From an uncultured virus (IMG/VR IMGVR_UViG_3300025961_000410) (Duplodnaviria > Heunggongvirae > Uroviricota > Caudoviricetes), in IMG/VR virus record IMGVR_UViG_3300025961_000410: DNA of 64,000 nucleotides. One strand, written 5' to 3'. Below are positions 1 to 11,371 of the stretch, one piece after another (positions within the stretch are counted from its first letter, which is position 1; each line of letters begins with the position of its first letter). A model generated the notes under the pieces. That model saw only the letters and a list, made by a program, of their open reading frames with translations, had not been told where the DNA came from and made no database searches. A program made the position numbers and the translations under genes.

Positions 1-400
1 CTTCTGCTAAGCCGTCTTGACCTATGCTATCAAATATGTTGATAGGTCCAACAACAGAATCACCCTGTCCACCAACCTCAGGTTCTTCCCTGTCGATGAT
101 GTTAACTGCTGCGTTAGTTACCCTCAAATCATTCTTAACCATCTCCATGTTGAGGTTGTACTGATCAGCAGGGTCAATTCGATCCATCACGTCTCGAACA
201 GATTCTTGAGAGATTAATCCGTTTTGAGATTCATTATCCAACTGATCTAAAGCATCTTCAACAGACAAGTTACCACCAGAAGAACAAATGGTACATAATC
301 CATCATCTAAATCACCTGGATCAGCTACGTGTACTCCACATACAGCTTTCCATGGAAGTTCACTAAACTCAGAACCAGCTACTAAAGGAAAGTGTAGCAT
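1..400 (-). CDS. Hypothetical protein, partial (runs off window start)
   Basis: ATG at 400-398 overlaps the TGA of the upstream ORF; hand translation MLHFPLVAGSEFSELPWKAVCGVHVADPGDLDDGLCTIC... stays open toward position 1. Confidence 0.7.
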   Translation of the reverse strand, partial: MLHFPLVAGSEFSELPWKAVCGVHVADPGDLDDGLCTICSSGGNLSVEDALDQLDNESQNGLISQESVRDVMDRIDPADQYNLNMEMVKNDLRVTNAAVNIIDREEPEVGGQGDSVVGPINIFDSIGQDGLAE

Positions 401-1380
401 CAATTTCCAAACTCGAAGGGACTTTCCCCTCGCTTCGACTTCAGCTTGTTAAAAAATTGCTCGAAGTCTTTTCTAACGTTATGCTTTCGATCCATCATCG
501 CTTTAAGCTTTGCATTCTTAGCTGAATCTGACTTATGTTGATCTTTTGCCCAGCTATCAACGTACTTTTTGGCGATAGATTCCCACTGATCATCAGGAAC
601 TTCTTCTATCTTCTTAATAACGGGCAGAGCGTCTTTGAGATCAAGATCGATCAGCCCGCTTGCATAGGCGTTATAAAGCTTGTTGTAGTAAGGGATATGC
701 TCATTCTTATGATAAGAAGTGCTCAACTCATCCTGACCAACAAACTTTCCCATTTGCTCTTTATCAAGACCAATAATCCCACCATCCTTAGTCTTACCAA
801 AATTCGCACCATGGGCGTCGTGATTAGATATCACCCAATCAACGACATGCTCTTGCAAAAGATCTTTCTTTTCTTTTGCTGTCAAGTCTTTTGGATTGGT
901 GGTTGAGAGGTCACCTGTGATGTTCGTCAAGAAAGGTTGAATTGAACCAACCTCACCTCTGGCATTTGTACTAACCTTAACAGGGATGTACGTTCCAGGT
1001 GGTCGAATCAATGCTGTTAACTTGGACGCCGATTCTTGAGCTTCAGCCATAAAAGGTTCAGCAGGTGAAGGTTTGAAAAGGTATTTATTACCTTTGCTAT
1101 CACCTAAAAATGATTTGGGTTTTACCCCTCCTAGCCCTTTTGCACTTCCTAGGTACTTGAGAGACTTGGCATCAGGTATCTCATCATTTCCTACTTCTAT
1201 ACCTGACGTAGCCTTAGGTTCAGTCTGAGGCTTGGAACTAGGATTAGAAGTTGCTTGACCTTTACTAATGTAAGGACAATTAGTTGTCGGTCTATGATTT
1301 TGCTTATGAACCTCACACCAATACGGGCCATGCTTTTGCTGAGCAACTAGCTCAAAACCTAGATCAACAGCTGTAGACAT
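400..1380 (-). CDS. HipA/PI3-PI4-kinase-like protein kinase-fold protein
   Basis: Gly-rich GLGGVK, YLFKP (ATP-binding Lys), E in MAEA, catalytic-loop-like DWVISNHDAHGANF and IGLD. Confidence 0.65.
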   Translation of the reverse strand: MSTAVDLGFELVAQQKHGPYWCEVHKQNHRPTTNCPYISKGQATSNPSSKPQTEPKATSGIEVGNDEIPDAKSLKYLGSAKGLGGVKPKSFLGDSKGNKYLFKPSPAEPFMAEAQESASKLTALIRPPGTYIPVKVSTNARGEVGSIQPFLTNITGDLSTTNPKDLTAKEKKDLLQEHVVDWVISNHDAHGANFGKTKDGGIIGLDKEQMGKFVGQDELSTSYHKNEHIPYYNKLYNAYASGLIDLDLKDALPVIKKIEEVPDDQWESIAKKYVDSWAKDQHKSDSAKNAKLKAMMDRKHNVRKDFEQFFNKLKSKRGESPFEFGN

Positions 1381-3776
1381 TATGGCCCATAACAGTCTTT
1401 TTCAACACGCATTCTGACGCTATACTTGGCAGTCCCCGCGCTAATTATACCATCAATTGACCATGTTACCAAGGCCAAAGACGGACCACATTCGATGATT
1501 ACCTCATCCCCATTTCCACCCAACGCGGTTAAGGCTGGTCCAGCAACAACTACTTTAGTTTGTGCTACTCCAGAATCATCTGTCCATGTAACCTTCAACG
1601 TAGGTGAGCCTGAAGCAGCTGCATCTGCAGTTGTAATCGCTAAATAACCTCTCACCCGATACATTCCAGACTTTTTGATTTGGAAAAAGTTGGTCGAGGA
1701 GATATTAGCGTTTTGATTCTTTAGATAAAACCCAGCATCAGTTTCATTGTAATTATTAGCACTATTATAGTTTGCGCCATACCACCCGCACAAACCATTT
1801 AGCATAACTACTGGATTATCGCTAAAATCGAAAAACAGGTTATTTATTACAAGATTCACTACACTAGGAATCTTCCAAGCTGCTGACAACACTCCTGGTG
1901 ATATATTTCCCTGCAAAGCTTTTGCATTAGACATAACCACCAATCCAAAATCAGACAATGATGTGGTTGCACCCCAATGGAAACCATCGAAGTCTGTATT
2001 ATTTATCTCTGAACCTTCACAAACGACTAAAGGAGCACTGTTATAGATGGTACCACCCGAAATCAAATTTCCTCTAGTATACTCAACACACCCGCTACTT
2101 CCGCCAGAGAAAAGATTTGTATAACTTGAGAAAAATACCCAATTTGATTTAACTGACAGTCCTGGATGGTTATTATCATCACCTATCCCAACCTTCAACT
2201 GTCCTCCATCAACATTCACACCATAACTTGTAGCTTGACCACTAAGAGTCATGATCCCCTGAATCACATGACCAATAATGCACCAACCAGCACCATACAA
2301 CGCAGTAAGCTTTGTACGAGGTGTCCTACACTGTAGTAAAAATGCCCCACCAGCGTTGGCTTCCCACCTTCCACCAACTGATATCTGTTGGCAACAGGAT
2401 ATAAATACAGGCCCACCTGACCCGTTAAATATAGAACTAGCAGATTCACCATCAATGGACAGTCTGGTTATCTTAGCATATTGAACAAAGACTCTGGCAA
2501 AACCTCTACAGGTAATCTCAACTCTTACTATCTGAGTAACCAATTGAGTTACAACAACAGTATCTCCAGCTAACGGTTTTATATCTTGACCATGCCCACC
2601 ATTTGCCAGAGCTCCTGCTATAGTTGGAACTGATAAACCGGTATAAAAAGTATGTTGAGCATCACCATTTAACCCGTTTGAGTATCCAGCTCCACCTATT
2701 CCCAGGCCTGAGGTAACCTCAATTAATTCCTCATCAATGAAGATACCACTAGCCGTAGCAAACTGACCTCGTTGATTAGTAGAAGCAACAGGGATGATAG
2801 CATTTGAGCTGAGAGTAATAGGAGCGCTAGAAACCTTACCTACAATCACACTTACGTCATAAAAAGTAACACCGCCTATTAGTGGTTCATTTGTAGCTAC
2901 ATTCAATACTAACTGCGGATAGCTAAATGTTGCAGGACTTACAGTATTGATGTAAATACTGATATTGTTCTTTAAATAAAGCACCCCTCCTCGAGGGCAG
3001 AGTCTATTTTGTAGTTCTGTTAAGGTTGCTAAAGAATGACCTGACAGGCCAGTATTATCATCTGAACCAGACGGATCTACATACCAGCTAGTCTGGGTTA
3101 CTAAAGCTGGTGAAGCATCTTTAAACACCCATGTAGCAAGATCTGGTGCTAATGTGAAAAAACATTGAATGTTTTCGACATAGACTACCATCCCTTCTCT
3201 TTTTAGTGGGTTGGGGATGGTTAGCAAATCTGCTTTAGTTGCTACAGTTTGATCACTTCCCGCAACTTGACTGACTGAATAGTCACCCGCAACTGGTGCA
3301 ATAGGTCCAACTCTATTAAACACCATTGGTACTGCTGGGTTTCTCCACAAAGAAAGATTCCCATCAGATTGTAAAATCTGACCTGTAGCCCCAACTGCAG
3401 GAACGGCTCCAATCTGAGTTGCGGATACTAAAACTGCAGGCCCTACAGGTCCAGTTGGACCTTGTATACCAGTTGCACCAATTGATCCTGTAGGGCCTGC
3501 AACTCCTGGCGGACCTTGAATTCCTTGTAAACCGGTTACACCGGCAGGTCCAGTTGCTCCAGTTACACCTTGAATTCCAATACCTGTAACACCAGCTGGG
3601 CCAGTTACTCCTCTTGGCCCAGTGGCTCCAGTCACTCCAGGTATACCGGCTGCTCCAGTTGCCCCTTCAATAGGATTTCCATCAGGGTCAACTAAGTAGT
3701 CACCTGTAACCCATGACCCATGCTCTGGCGGAGATAAAAGAGGAAAACCTATCAGTACAGATCTAGCAGTAGCCAT
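1380..3776 (-). CDS. Collagen-like tail/head fibre protein with beta-rich C-terminal region
   Basis: Gly-X-Y run after residue ~38; [13 protein letters not shown] fibre/depolymerase-type motif; N-terminus paralogous to 4191..6479. Confidence 0.75.
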   Translation of the reverse strand: MATARSVLIGFPLLSPPEHGSWVTGDYLVDPDGNPIEGATGAAGIPGVTGATGPRGVTGPAGVTGIGIQGVTGATGPAGVTGLQGIQGPPGVAGPTGSIGATGIQGPTGPVGPAVLVSATQIGAVPAVGATGQILQSDGNLSLWRNPAVPMVFNRVGPIAPVAGDYSVSQVAGSDQTVATKADLLTIPNPLKREGMVVYVENIQCFFTLAPDLATWVFKDASPALVTQTSWYVDPSGSDDNTGLSGHSLATLTELQNRLCPRGGVLYLKNNISIYINTVSPATFSYPQLVLNVATNEPLIGGVTFYDVSVIVGKVSSAPITLSSNAIIPVASTNQRGQFATASGIFIDEELIEVTSGLGIGGAGYSNGLNGDAQHTFYTGLSVPTIAGALANGGHGQDIKPLAGDTVVVTQLVTQIVRVEITCRGFARVFVQYAKITRLSIDGESASSIFNGSGGPVFISCCQQISVGGRWEANAGGAFLLQCRTPRTKLTALYGAGWCIIGHVIQGIMTLSGQATSYGVNVDGGQLKVGIGDDNNHPGLSVKSNWVFFSSYTNLFSGGSSGCVEYTRGNLISGGTIYNSAPLVVCEGSEINNTDFDGFHWGATTSLSDFGLVVMSNAKALQGNISPGVLSAAWKIPSVVNLVINNLFFDFSDNPVVMLNGLCGWYGANYNSANNYNETDAGFYLKNQNANISSTNFFQIKKSGMYRVRGYLAITTADAAASGSPTLKVTWTDDSGVAQTKVVVAGPALTALGGNGDEVIIECGPSLALVTWSIDGIISAGTAKYSVRMRVEKDCYGP

Positions 3777-3805
3777 TTAGTAACCTAAGCTAAGAAATTG
3801 CCAGT

Positions 3806-4165
3806 TTATACTGGAGCTTTTCCAGTAGCGTTAACAACAGCCTCGATAAGAGGGTAGAAATTATGTGCGATGGTAGGATTGTAACCACCAGAAGGCTTCT
3901 TACAAGCAGCTACTAATTTTTCCCAGTCTGCATCTTCTAGCTCTAGCCACAGATCTTTCTGATAATTCTCTTCTGCCTGAACAGCTAATTCTTTTAGCTT
4001 TGATCTGATTTCCATACCCCTGGCAATGCTGTCGAAATCAACTGTGAAGACTGAATCTGTCAATCTGTCAAAGTAAAACTTTATACCAGACAAAGGTGGA
4101 TGCTCTATGATCTCACCGTCAGAGGAAAAAAGCTTTATTGACCTTAGAACGCGTACATATTTCAT
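3806..4165 (-). CDS. Hypothetical protein, possible fibre assembly chaperone
   Basis: 119-aa ORF between two fibre genes; ELEDADWEKL segment; function inferred from position only. Confidence 0.45.
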   Translation of the reverse strand: MKYVRVLRSIKLFSSDGEIIEHPPLSGIKFYFDRLTDSVFTVDFDSIARGMEIRSKLKELAVQAEENYQKDLWLELEDADWEKLVAACKKPSGGYNPTIAHNFYPLIEAVVNATGKAPV

Positions 4166-4190
4166 ACTCTATTTTACCTACAATATGGTT

Positions 4191-6479
4191 TTACGGATTT
4201 GCTAATGGGGTTACAGTACCTGATGGGCCACGAACCTTCAGCTTATTATCAGCTGGATCTACATATTGGAAAAACCCACCAGAGGGGTTACCCGATGGAA
4301 TGGTTGTTGCTGTTACTATAAACAACCCCTTGGCCATACTTTGCCAACTGGATGGGAATGCACCAAAAGCTACATTCCCATCTGAGGCGGACGTATTACC
4401 TGACCCTCCAGCAACTAAAACCGATCCACCAGTAACTACACCAGTTGCTGATACAACTCCACTTCCACCTAATAGTTTTAACCTACCAGCAGTTAAAGGG
4501 CCGTTCCCAAGTGTCTTTTGAGCTCTTACTGTTAGATCTAATCCCGCTCCAGCAGAATCTACTCCATGTAAATCAAAATCACCAACTGTCTGAAGTCCTG
4601 TAGTAGCTAGTGTGGCTTGAGTTAAAGAAACAGTGAAATAATTGACACCGTTTAGCTGCAGTATAAACGGGTTCCCAGAATTGCTTGTGTTAATTGTACA
4701 AGTCTTAGTACCGTCACCAATAACTGTATGGCCTGTTATCTGTACAAACGCAAGTGAATTATCTCCCAACGCCATTACGTTTGAAGAATTTTGAGTAACA
4801 AAAGAACCAGATAACGAATAGAAATATAAGCCCGAGCTCGGATCACTTGATGAAGGAGTAGTTTGATCTAGCATTAGACCACCTCCTACCATTCCATGAA
4901 AGCTGGCAGAGCTTACTGAGCCAAATAAGGTTAGATTATGATTTGTAATTGCTGATAACGAGGTATTCGACCCTAATGTCAACTGTATTTCAGCAGTGGG
5001 ATTGATAACCACAGTTCCAGGAGTATTTGAACCACCTCCCACATACACCACATCAAGACTACCATCATATGATAGAACAGAAATATCTACAGTGTGGGAT
5101 GAATCATTCGAAAGTATTCCAACGGAATCGTCAGAAAGTCTAATCGTTCCTGTTGTGGCTGGGTGAGCACCAAACGAGATAAAATCTGTGCCCGTTCCTG
5201 AAAATGATGCTATAGAGGTTGAACCTCTCTTTAAGGTTATCGAACCATTTGCAGTAGTACCAGAACCACTAGCTAAAACTAGCCCACCACCAGTTGAACT
5301 AGCACCAGTAGCATTTTGTGCTTGGATAGTTAATGTCTGTCCTGGAGTATTGGTAGTATCAGCTTGCTTATAAACTGGACTGACTATCGAAGTGTCAATG
5401 ATTAACGGGAAAGACCAGACAGCTGAAGAGCCATTGGATTGAAGTACATACCCAGCAGGTCCGACAGTTGGAACCGAACCAATCTGAGTAGACGATACTA
5501 AAACATTCGATCCAACTGGTCCAGTTACACCTTGAACTCCTGTGGCGCCTCTTGGGCCTGTGGGACCTGTTACGCCCTGAACCCCAGCTGGGCCTGTGGG
5601 ACCTGTTACGCCCTGAACCCCAGCTGGTCCAGTAGGCCCTGTTACACCAGCATTGCCTTGAGGTCCTGTAGATCCTGTTACACCTGGATTACCCTGAGGA
5701 CCAGTAACCCCAGTTTGCCCTGCTGGTCCTGTTGGTCCAGTTGGTCCCTGAACACCAGTCGCACCTGCTGGACCTGTTGGTCCTTGTTGACCAGTAGCGC
5801 CTTGAGGTCCTGTTGGTCCAGTAGCACCTGTAACCCCTTGAGTTCCAGTAGCACCCGTAGACCCTCTTGGCCCTGTTGGACCAGTCACTCCAGCAGGACC
5901 CGTAGTTCCTGTTACGCCCTGAACCCCCGTAGCTCCTTGAGGTCCTGTTGCTCCAGCTGGTCCAGTCGCCCCTGGGCTACCTGTAGCTCCTTGAGGTCCC
6001 GTAGATCCAGTTCCAACTCCCATTGGACCCTGAACGCCTGTAGCACCTCGAAGTCCAGTTGCTCCCTGGGGACCTTGTACGCCTGTAATCCCCGGTTGTC
6101 CAGCAGGTCCAGTTGCCCCTGTAACACCAGCTGCTCCAGTTGGGCCAGTAGCTCCCGTTACGCCTTGTGGACCCGTTACACCAGCTCCCGTAACACCTTG
6201 TATACCTGTGCTACCAATATTTCCAGGTGGTCCTTGAATACCCTGAGCTCCAGTTGCTCCAGCTGGACCCGTTGGTCCAGTAGCACCCGTTACACCCTGT
6301 GGGCCTTGAAGTCCAGTAGCTCCTCTTGGTCCAGTAGCACCCTGTGGGCCTACTGTAGCAGTCGCAATTCCTAAAATATTTCCATCAGGGTCAACAAGAT
6401 AATCACCATGCGACCATGGACCATGTTCTGGCAATGGATTGAGAGGTTGACCTATTAGTACAATTCTTGCCGTTGCCAT
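4191..6479 (-). CDS. Collagen-like fibre protein (long Gly-X-Thr/Gln triple-helix region)
   Basis: About 280 aa of GAT/GPT/GVT/GPQ triplets; C-terminal [19 protein letters not shown] fibre-tip-like motif. Confidence 0.8.
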   Translation of the reverse strand: MATARIVLIGQPLNPLPEHGPWSHGDYLVDPDGNILGIATATVGPQGATGPRGATGLQGPQGVTGATGPTGPAGATGAQGIQGPPGNIGSTGIQGVTGAGVTGPQGVTGATGPTGAAGVTGATGPAGQPGITGVQGPQGATGLRGATGVQGPMGVGTGSTGPQGATGSPGATGPAGATGPQGATGVQGVTGTTGPAGVTGPTGPRGSTGATGTQGVTGATGPTGPQGATGQQGPTGPAGATGVQGPTGPTGPAGQTGVTGPQGNPGVTGSTGPQGNAGVTGPTGPAGVQGVTGPTGPAGVQGVTGPTGPRGATGVQGVTGPVGSNVLVSSTQIGSVPTVGPAGYVLQSNGSSAVWSFPLIIDTSIVSPVYKQADTTNTPGQTLTIQAQNATGASSTGGGLVLASGSGTTANGSITLKRGSTSIASFSGTGTDFISFGAHPATTGTIRLSDDSVGILSNDSSHTVDISVLSYDGSLDVVYVGGGSNTPGTVVINPTAEIQLTLGSNTSLSAITNHNLTLFGSVSSASFHGMVGGGLMLDQTTPSSSDPSSGLYFYSLSGSFVTQNSSNVMALGDNSLAFVQITGHTVIGDGTKTCTINTSNSGNPFILQLNGVNYFTVSLTQATLATTGLQTVGDFDLHGVDSAGAGLDLTVRAQKTLGNGPLTAGRLKLLGGSGVVSATGVVTGGSVLVAGGSGNTSASDGNVAFGAFPSSWQSMAKGLFIVTATTIPSGNPSGGFFQYVDPADNKLKVRGPSGTVTPLANP
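5553..5624. repeat. 36-bp perfect tandem duplication inside the collagen coding region
   Basis: tgggcctgtgggacctgttacgccctgaaccccagc x2. Confidence 0.9.
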
Positions 6480-8608
6480 TAACTACCCCAGCGAGATCTA
6501 GCTATCCTACCAACAAAATTAGCTGCTCCACCAATTTCCTTGGCCTTGCCCATCTCTTTTCCGTTATAACCTCGAACAGTCTTACCAATACTCTCTTGAA
6601 TTAAACGATGAGCTCCAACTAAGCAAGCAGCTAAGTCATCGCTGTCCTGTCCACGAACTTTACCCTTCAGTGGGTTAAAAACTTTTCTTAAGTCTTTGTC
6701 CCGCTCCAGTTTCAAGAGTTCATACAAAGTAACACCTTCAGCAGTCATTGAAGGAACAGCAGATCCAAGCTGTATTCTTCCCATATCGTCAATGCTTAGA
6801 TGATCCTTTTCTGCAGGTGGTAGTAACTTCAACCTGCCAACCATAGCATCTTGAACAGCCTTGACATAATCAGTCATCTGTAGGTTGATCAACTGAGTAG
6901 CAATGCCCATGTTGCTAAGAGTCTGAATAGTAGACTCACTGTTCCATCGATCGAATGCAACCTGGGCAATGACTCGATATTTACTTAGCTTCCGCAAGAT
7001 ATCGAGTACAGATTCAAACCAAACAGGTCTATTCATTTCAGGAACAATTCTCATTGACCATTCATGAATTGTTACCAAAGTCATCTCCCCTTCTTGATTA
7101 GCATCAAAAGGTTTGATGTATGTCCCACCTGCTAAATGCTCATTTCCTTCAGGATGTGTTCCACCTAAGTGCCTTGCTTCTTGAGAACGTTTTCTCAGCT
7201 CATAAGTAGTCTCAGAGAAGGCAGGCATCCACATACATGAGCAAGCCACCAAAGCAAATTGGTCGAAAGTACTGCCAGCATCTCCAAATATGTACAGAGG
7301 TCTGCCACGATCAAAAGTAGCCTCATCTAGCTCAACACCAACATACTCCCTACCGGACTTATCGACAGGGTAAGAAGTCCTAAACTTAGCTGTAGGCACT
7401 GCAGTCTTATCAACTGAGCTCCAAAACCTTACTGGATCTAGAATTAGTGGGTTTGTAGCATTTGGTGGATTAGCGCCGAAATCCCGTTCTGCTAGTAGAG
7501 GGTCTCTATCATACTCAACATCAAAGTCTTCTCTAGTTAGAGTCGGATTGAAAGTCCATGTTGAGTATTTGAAACCCATCATCCCTTTCATTCTTTCAGA
7601 CTGCTTATAGAGGATCATAGTCTTATCGCTAATACTCATTGGAGAGCTAATTGCGATAGCACTACCCAACCAAGGTTCTTTGATATCAAGCCTCTTACGA
7701 GCACCTTTGACAGTCTTGAGACTGTGCTCAAACACTGCCCAGACCTCATCTGCTCCCATCTTACTATCACCAAGACCAAATCTTGATAACTCGTCGATGA
7801 AGAAAGCAACTCTCGTACGACCAGCCATACCAGCTGAGTTGCTGTTAAGACTGACGCAGTTGAGCATCAAATAACCATCTTCTATCTGGTCTTCAAGCTC
7901 TTTATACTCCCAAGGCCTCATTCCTTCGGGACAAACCTGCTTAGCCTCCTTTTGCTTCACCCACTTAACATATGCCTTCAGCCAAGGAGACCCCTTGCAT
8001 TGCTCGTAAAAATTAACCCAAATCGTCTGCATGGCTTGTGTTGCTGTCGTAGCAACGAAAGCCATTTCCAGATTCTGCGTTGGAAGTAATTCCAACAGGT
8101 TGTGCAGTCGACCTCGTTTTTGAATGCCCATTGTAATGAGCACATGACGCATGAAGGTTCCAATAAGTCCAGCCATGACTGACTTACCAGAACGCATTCC
8201 TGCTACACCAATCAGAGTATCGAACTCTACAATAGCATCTTCTGCAAAGAGTTCGGTACGTGACATACCACAGCTTGGACAAATCTCCTGTCCAGCTGCG
8301 TTGTTCCACTCAAGCAATATTTCGGCTTTGAGCTCTTCTTCTGTTTTACCCCAGCAGTCCGATTTACCGTAATTACAACACGGGCATCGCAGCTGGAAGT
8401 AGTCTCTGATTATCTGGTATTGACGAACATGCTTGAAAATGCTAGGGACATTCAAGAACTCTGGTCTTGAAACCCACTGAATAGCATTTGGAGCACGTTG
8501 TCGAAGATCTATGCCTTCGCTTAGGTATTCGTCACTAACATAACCTTGACTAGCAATACCTTCAATTGACTTCTGAAGCTTTGCAAAGATTTCGTCAATT
8601 TGAGTCAA
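6479..8608 (-). CDS. Terminase large subunit
   Basis: Walker A-like [17 protein letters not shown], Walker B FFIDE, ISSP coupling motif, nuclease-region FGDAG, FDRWNS and DSDD. Confidence 0.8.
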   Translation of the reverse strand: MTQIDEIFAKLQKSIEGIASQGYVSDEYLSEGIDLRQRAPNAIQWVSRPEFLNVPSIFKHVRQYQIIRDYFQLRCPCCNYGKSDCWGKTEEELKAEILLEWNNAAGQEICPSCGMSRTELFAEDAIVEFDTLIGVAGMRSGKSVMAGLIGTFMRHVLITMGIQKRGRLHNLLELLPTQNLEMAFVATTATQAMQTIWVNFYEQCKGSPWLKAYVKWVKQKEAKQVCPEGMRPWEYKELEDQIEDGYLMLNCVSLNSNSAGMAGRTRVAFFIDELSRFGLGDSKMGADEVWAVFEHSLKTVKGARKRLDIKEPWLGSAIAISSPMSISDKTMILYKQSERMKGMMGFKYSTWTFNPTLTREDFDVEYDRDPLLAERDFGANPPNATNPLILDPVRFWSSVDKTAVPTAKFRTSYPVDKSGREYVGVELDEATFDRGRPLYIFGDAGSTFDQFALVACSCMWMPAFSETTYELRKRSQEARHLGGTHPEGNEHLAGGTYIKPFDANQEGEMTLVTIHEWSMRIVPEMNRPVWFESVLDILRKLSKYRVIAQVAFDRWNSESTIQTLSNMGIATQLINLQMTDYVKAVQDAMVGRLKLLPPAEKDHLSIDDMGRIQLGSAVPSMTAEGVTLYELLKLERDKDLRKVFNPLKGKVRGQDSDDLAACLVGAHRLIQESIGKTVRGYNGKEMGKAKEIGGAANFVGRIARSRWGS

Positions 8609-8657
8609 GATTTCCCTTGACTCAAATGATAAGTTAGATTACGACGATTCTAACAGC

Positions 8658-9317
8658 TTACTTGCAGCAGAGGTCCCAGTATTTGTCAAGAAACTTTTCT
8701 TGACTTTGAGTTTGAATAGCACCAGGCCTAGCACCTCTAACAGCATCAACAGAAAAATCTGGATCGTAGCCCATCTCTATCAATATTGCTCCAACAACAG
8801 TTCCAGCTCGACCTAACCCTCCTCTGCAATGAACTACGACCTTCTTCCCACTACGAATCTGTTGTACCAATTGCTGGATAACAGGTCGAATATTCTTCGG
8901 GTGAGGAGCATGCATGTCAATGATTGGGTACCAAACCGGATTAATCCCTACTTTTCTGATTTGGTTAAAGAATTCGACAGCTCTAGTCTTCACTGCCCAT
9001 TTTATTTCTTCACCCTCAACAAGGCTTACGAGAGTATTGACTCCGTCTTGCTTCAGCTGACGAATGTCTTGGATCAGATCCCTCTTATACCTAAACAGTC
9101 CCATCCCGCTGTCTTTCCGACCCGGTAGGATGGTAATCCCCAACCCACCAACGTAATCAATCGTAGCCTCATCGATCCAGTCAACTCTTAGTGGATCGTC
9201 TTCTGAAGTCGATATTTGTTGGAAATAAGCTACTTTCTTAGACCTAGACTTGTTCTTTTTTGACAAGTTATAGTGCTCAGGAAACATCTCCTCAAAATCT
9301 TTCAACCAATCATCCAC
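8658..9317 (-). CDS. Dual-specificity/tyrosine protein phosphatase (CDKN3-like)
   Basis: CX5R loop VHCRGGLGRAG, PIIDMHAP acid loop, RPGAIQTQSQ. Confidence 0.9.
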   Translation of the reverse strand: MDDWLKDFEEMFPEHYNLSKKNKSRSKKVAYFQQISTSEDDPLRVDWIDEATIDYVGGLGITILPGRKDSGMGLFRYKRDLIQDIRQLKQDGVNTLVSLVEGEEIKWAVKTRAVEFFNQIRKVGINPVWYPIIDMHAPHPKNIRPVIQQLVQQIRSGKKVVVHCRGGLGRAGTVVGAILIEMGYDPDFSVDAVRGARPGAIQTQSQEKFLDKYWDLCCK

Positions 9318-9792
9318 GAAGCATCACCTCAAACGCTTTGAGAATAATCATCCGGTGATCGAAAGCTAGGTTCATTTCCAGAAGATCATAAGCTAATTGA
9401 TCCAATGAAAAAGAACAGCGGGGCAGTTCATACCACTTAGCAGAAGCAGCATCGTCGCATCCCTCTACTGCAAATTCTTCTTCGACTTCAGCTAGATAAG
9501 CTACACTAACAACCCACCCTCTTGGATCTCGACCTGGTTTACTAAACACGCCAACTTCTTTGAACTGCTCTAGCTTAAAGTCTAGCGTGGTTTCTTCTCG
9601 AAGCTCTCGACATACTGCTTCCTCAGTCGATTCACCGCTGTTGACAAACCCGCCAGGCAACGCTTTGCATCCCTTAAATGGGTCATGCAGACGTTCGATC
9701 AACAAAATCTTGTAACCACCAGATTGTTTTTGGTGTACAACTATGGCATCGACAGTTAAAGCAGGTCTAGGATATTCGTAGGTATGTGACAT
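9310..9792 (-). CDS. Nudix hydrolase (ADP-ribose pyrophosphatase-like)
   Basis: YPRPALTVD, LPGGFV, Nudix box GESTEEAVCRELREET, RDPRG, LAFDH. Confidence 0.9.
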   Translation of the reverse strand: MSHTYEYPRPALTVDAIVVHQKQSGGYKILLIERLHDPFKGCKALPGGFVNSGESTEEAVCRELREETTLDFKLEQFKEVGVFSKPGRDPRGWVVSVAYLAEVEEEFAVEGCDDAASAKWYELPRCSFSLDQLAYDLLEMNLAFDHRMIILKAFEVMLRG

Positions 9793-9801
9793 AAAGAACC
9801 T

Positions 9802-9981
9802 TCAAGGAGAGTAGGGTTTTAGCTCAACACCAAAAATGTGTGCAATGTTTTCGATCATTTCGATTTTTGCATAAGCTACAGCTTTTTCATAATCAGAACC
9901 ACGATCAAACCTTAGGTTGATCCAACTCCTCATCGCAGAATCTCGTATCTCTGTCAACCGCTTTACTTGTTCTTCGTCCAT
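9802..9981 (-). CDS. 59-aa hypothetical protein with leaderless start (not in ORF track)
   Basis: Hand translation MDEEQVKRLTEIRDSAMRSWINLRFD...KPYSP*; ATG is part of the conserved promoter motif. Confidence 0.7.
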   Translation of the reverse strand: MDEEQVKRLTEIRDSAMRSWINLRFDRGSDYEKAVAYAKIEMIENIAHIFGVELKPYSP

Positions 9982-10016
9982 ACAAACATCATAATAATGA
10001 TTAGAACCTAAATCAA
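9979..10016 (-). promoter_or_regulatory. Conserved leaderless-type promoter, copy 1
   Basis: TTGATT-N17-TATGAT-GTTTGT-ATG; 23-nt core ATCATTATTATGATGTTTGTATG identical in six copies. Confidence 0.85.
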
Positions 10017-10094
10017 GTACTAATCTTCAACAAATTGACTAATAACCAGTTGTTAAACCTGTCATTAGTAAGGTTTCAGATTGTTCTTGATACA

Positions 10095-11249
10095 TTATAG
10101 CTTGGCTATTTCAGCTCTCAACCCAGAAGAACTGATCTTTGAAGGAGTATGTGGAACCTGTCTAAAATTACTCTTCGCATAAGGCCAGATTCGATACTGA
10201 TCTAGAACATCACGAAGCATCAAAACAGAATCATCTTCTAAAATACGATCAAACACGATAAGCTGCGTTCTAGAATTCTTCAGCCTGTTAATTACTTCCC
10301 ACGTTGGTAGACCCCATTTTGAATCGAGCAACCTGTCAAGAGTATCAGCACCTACAATAAATTGCTGATCTGAAAAAAACCTAGCTTTGTCAACAAACAA
10401 AGGCAGACCTGTATGAAATTTAACATGAAGCTGTCCAGCTGGACCAATATACGAAGAGTTCCACTTACGGACGGTGTTGACAATTCGAAGAAAGTTTGTT
10501 ACTGGTTGCTGTGATTTGTGTGGTGGGTCAGTGCTAACCAAGAGTACTACAGGTTTTCGCAACTCTTCAGACACCGATTTAGCCATCTGCAAATGGGTGT
10601 CGTGAACCGGGTTGAACGAACCTGGAAAGATAACTGCATCAGGTGGTCCATTCCGCTCTGAATTACCCCTAAACCCATTTGAACCAAAATAGCCCATCTC
10701 TAAAAACAGCCTCAAGGCTTTTTCAGAGCAATTAGTGACTACAGGATAAGAGGTGGTTTCTTTAGACACCGTAGACTGAAGCAGACCTTCAAGAACGAGA
10801 TCTATGGTATCGTTGTGCTGCCTTCGGGCATTCTCTCCAACACCTGGTTGGAGGGTAAATTCGCATGTACACATTAGCTTGTCAGAGATAATGGTAGCAT
10901 GACCTCTTAGCTTACCCTTATGCTCTCGATTACTAGCAATAGCAGTTGTCAAACCAATACCTATTGGCATAGTGGAGTGATTGACGGCCGCTTGTGTATA
11001 TGCTTCCATCGCTAGGTAGATTGAGGTATTTTCTGACACTGCTTGAGTTACTTCAAAACCCAAGAAGTTTGTCATATCCTCTTTGCCATAAATCAACCTA
11101 GCACCATGAAGAACTTGAGATACTCCGGGAATTTCCTGTATCTTCAATAGTGTTCCTATCCCCGACCCTGCTAAGGCTAGGTATAGTTTGGCCTTGGGCT
11201 GATCAACCAACAGCCTTTTAATCGAACTCTTAACTCCCCAGTCCATCAT
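10095..11249 (-). CDS. CinA/PncC-like domain fused to NMN/NaMN adenylyltransferase
   Basis: C-terminal FPGSFNPVHDTH (HxGH-like), FIVGADT, ISSSGLR; N-terminal CinA-C-like features (AVSENTSIYLA, GIGLT). Confidence 0.75.
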   Translation of the reverse strand: MMDWGVKSSIKRLLVDQPKAKLYLALAGSGIGTLLKIQEIPGVSQVLHGARLIYGKEDMTNFLGFEVTQAVSENTSIYLAMEAYTQAAVNHSTMPIGIGLTTAIASNREHKGKLRGHATIISDKLMCTCEFTLQPGVGENARRQHNDTIDLVLEGLLQSTVSKETTSYPVVTNCSEKALRLFLEMGYFGSNGFRGNSERNGPPDAVIFPGSFNPVHDTHLQMAKSVSEELRKPVVLLVSTDPPHKSQQPVTNFLRIVNTVRKWNSSYIGPAGQLHVKFHTGLPLFVDKARFFSDQQFIVGADTLDRLLDSKWGLPTWEVINRLKNSRTQLIVFDRILEDDSVLMLRDVLDQYRIWPYAKSNFRQVPHTPSKISSSGLRAEIAKL

Positions 11250-11371
11250 TCTCGCTCAATCTTAATAGTGAAATCTGCTAAACCATCATCAGTAGAGCAT
11301 TTAATACCACTGATAACAAATCGAGTATCTTCGTTTACAAATCTGGCAGTAACCTCTTTTGGAATTTTCAT
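11246..11371 (-). CDS. 41-aa hypothetical protein coupling Nampt to NMNAT (not in ORF track)
   Basis: MKIPKEVTARFVNEDTRFVISG...ERE*; overlaps the stop of Nampt and the start of NMNAT. Confidence 0.55.
   Translation of the reverse strand: MKIPKEVTARFVNEDTRFVISGIKCSTDDGLADFTIKIERE

Noticed and set aside
5532..6374. 280-aa plus-strand ORF
   Set aside because: Antisense shadow of the collagen repeats; S/C/W-rich with no protein-like pattern
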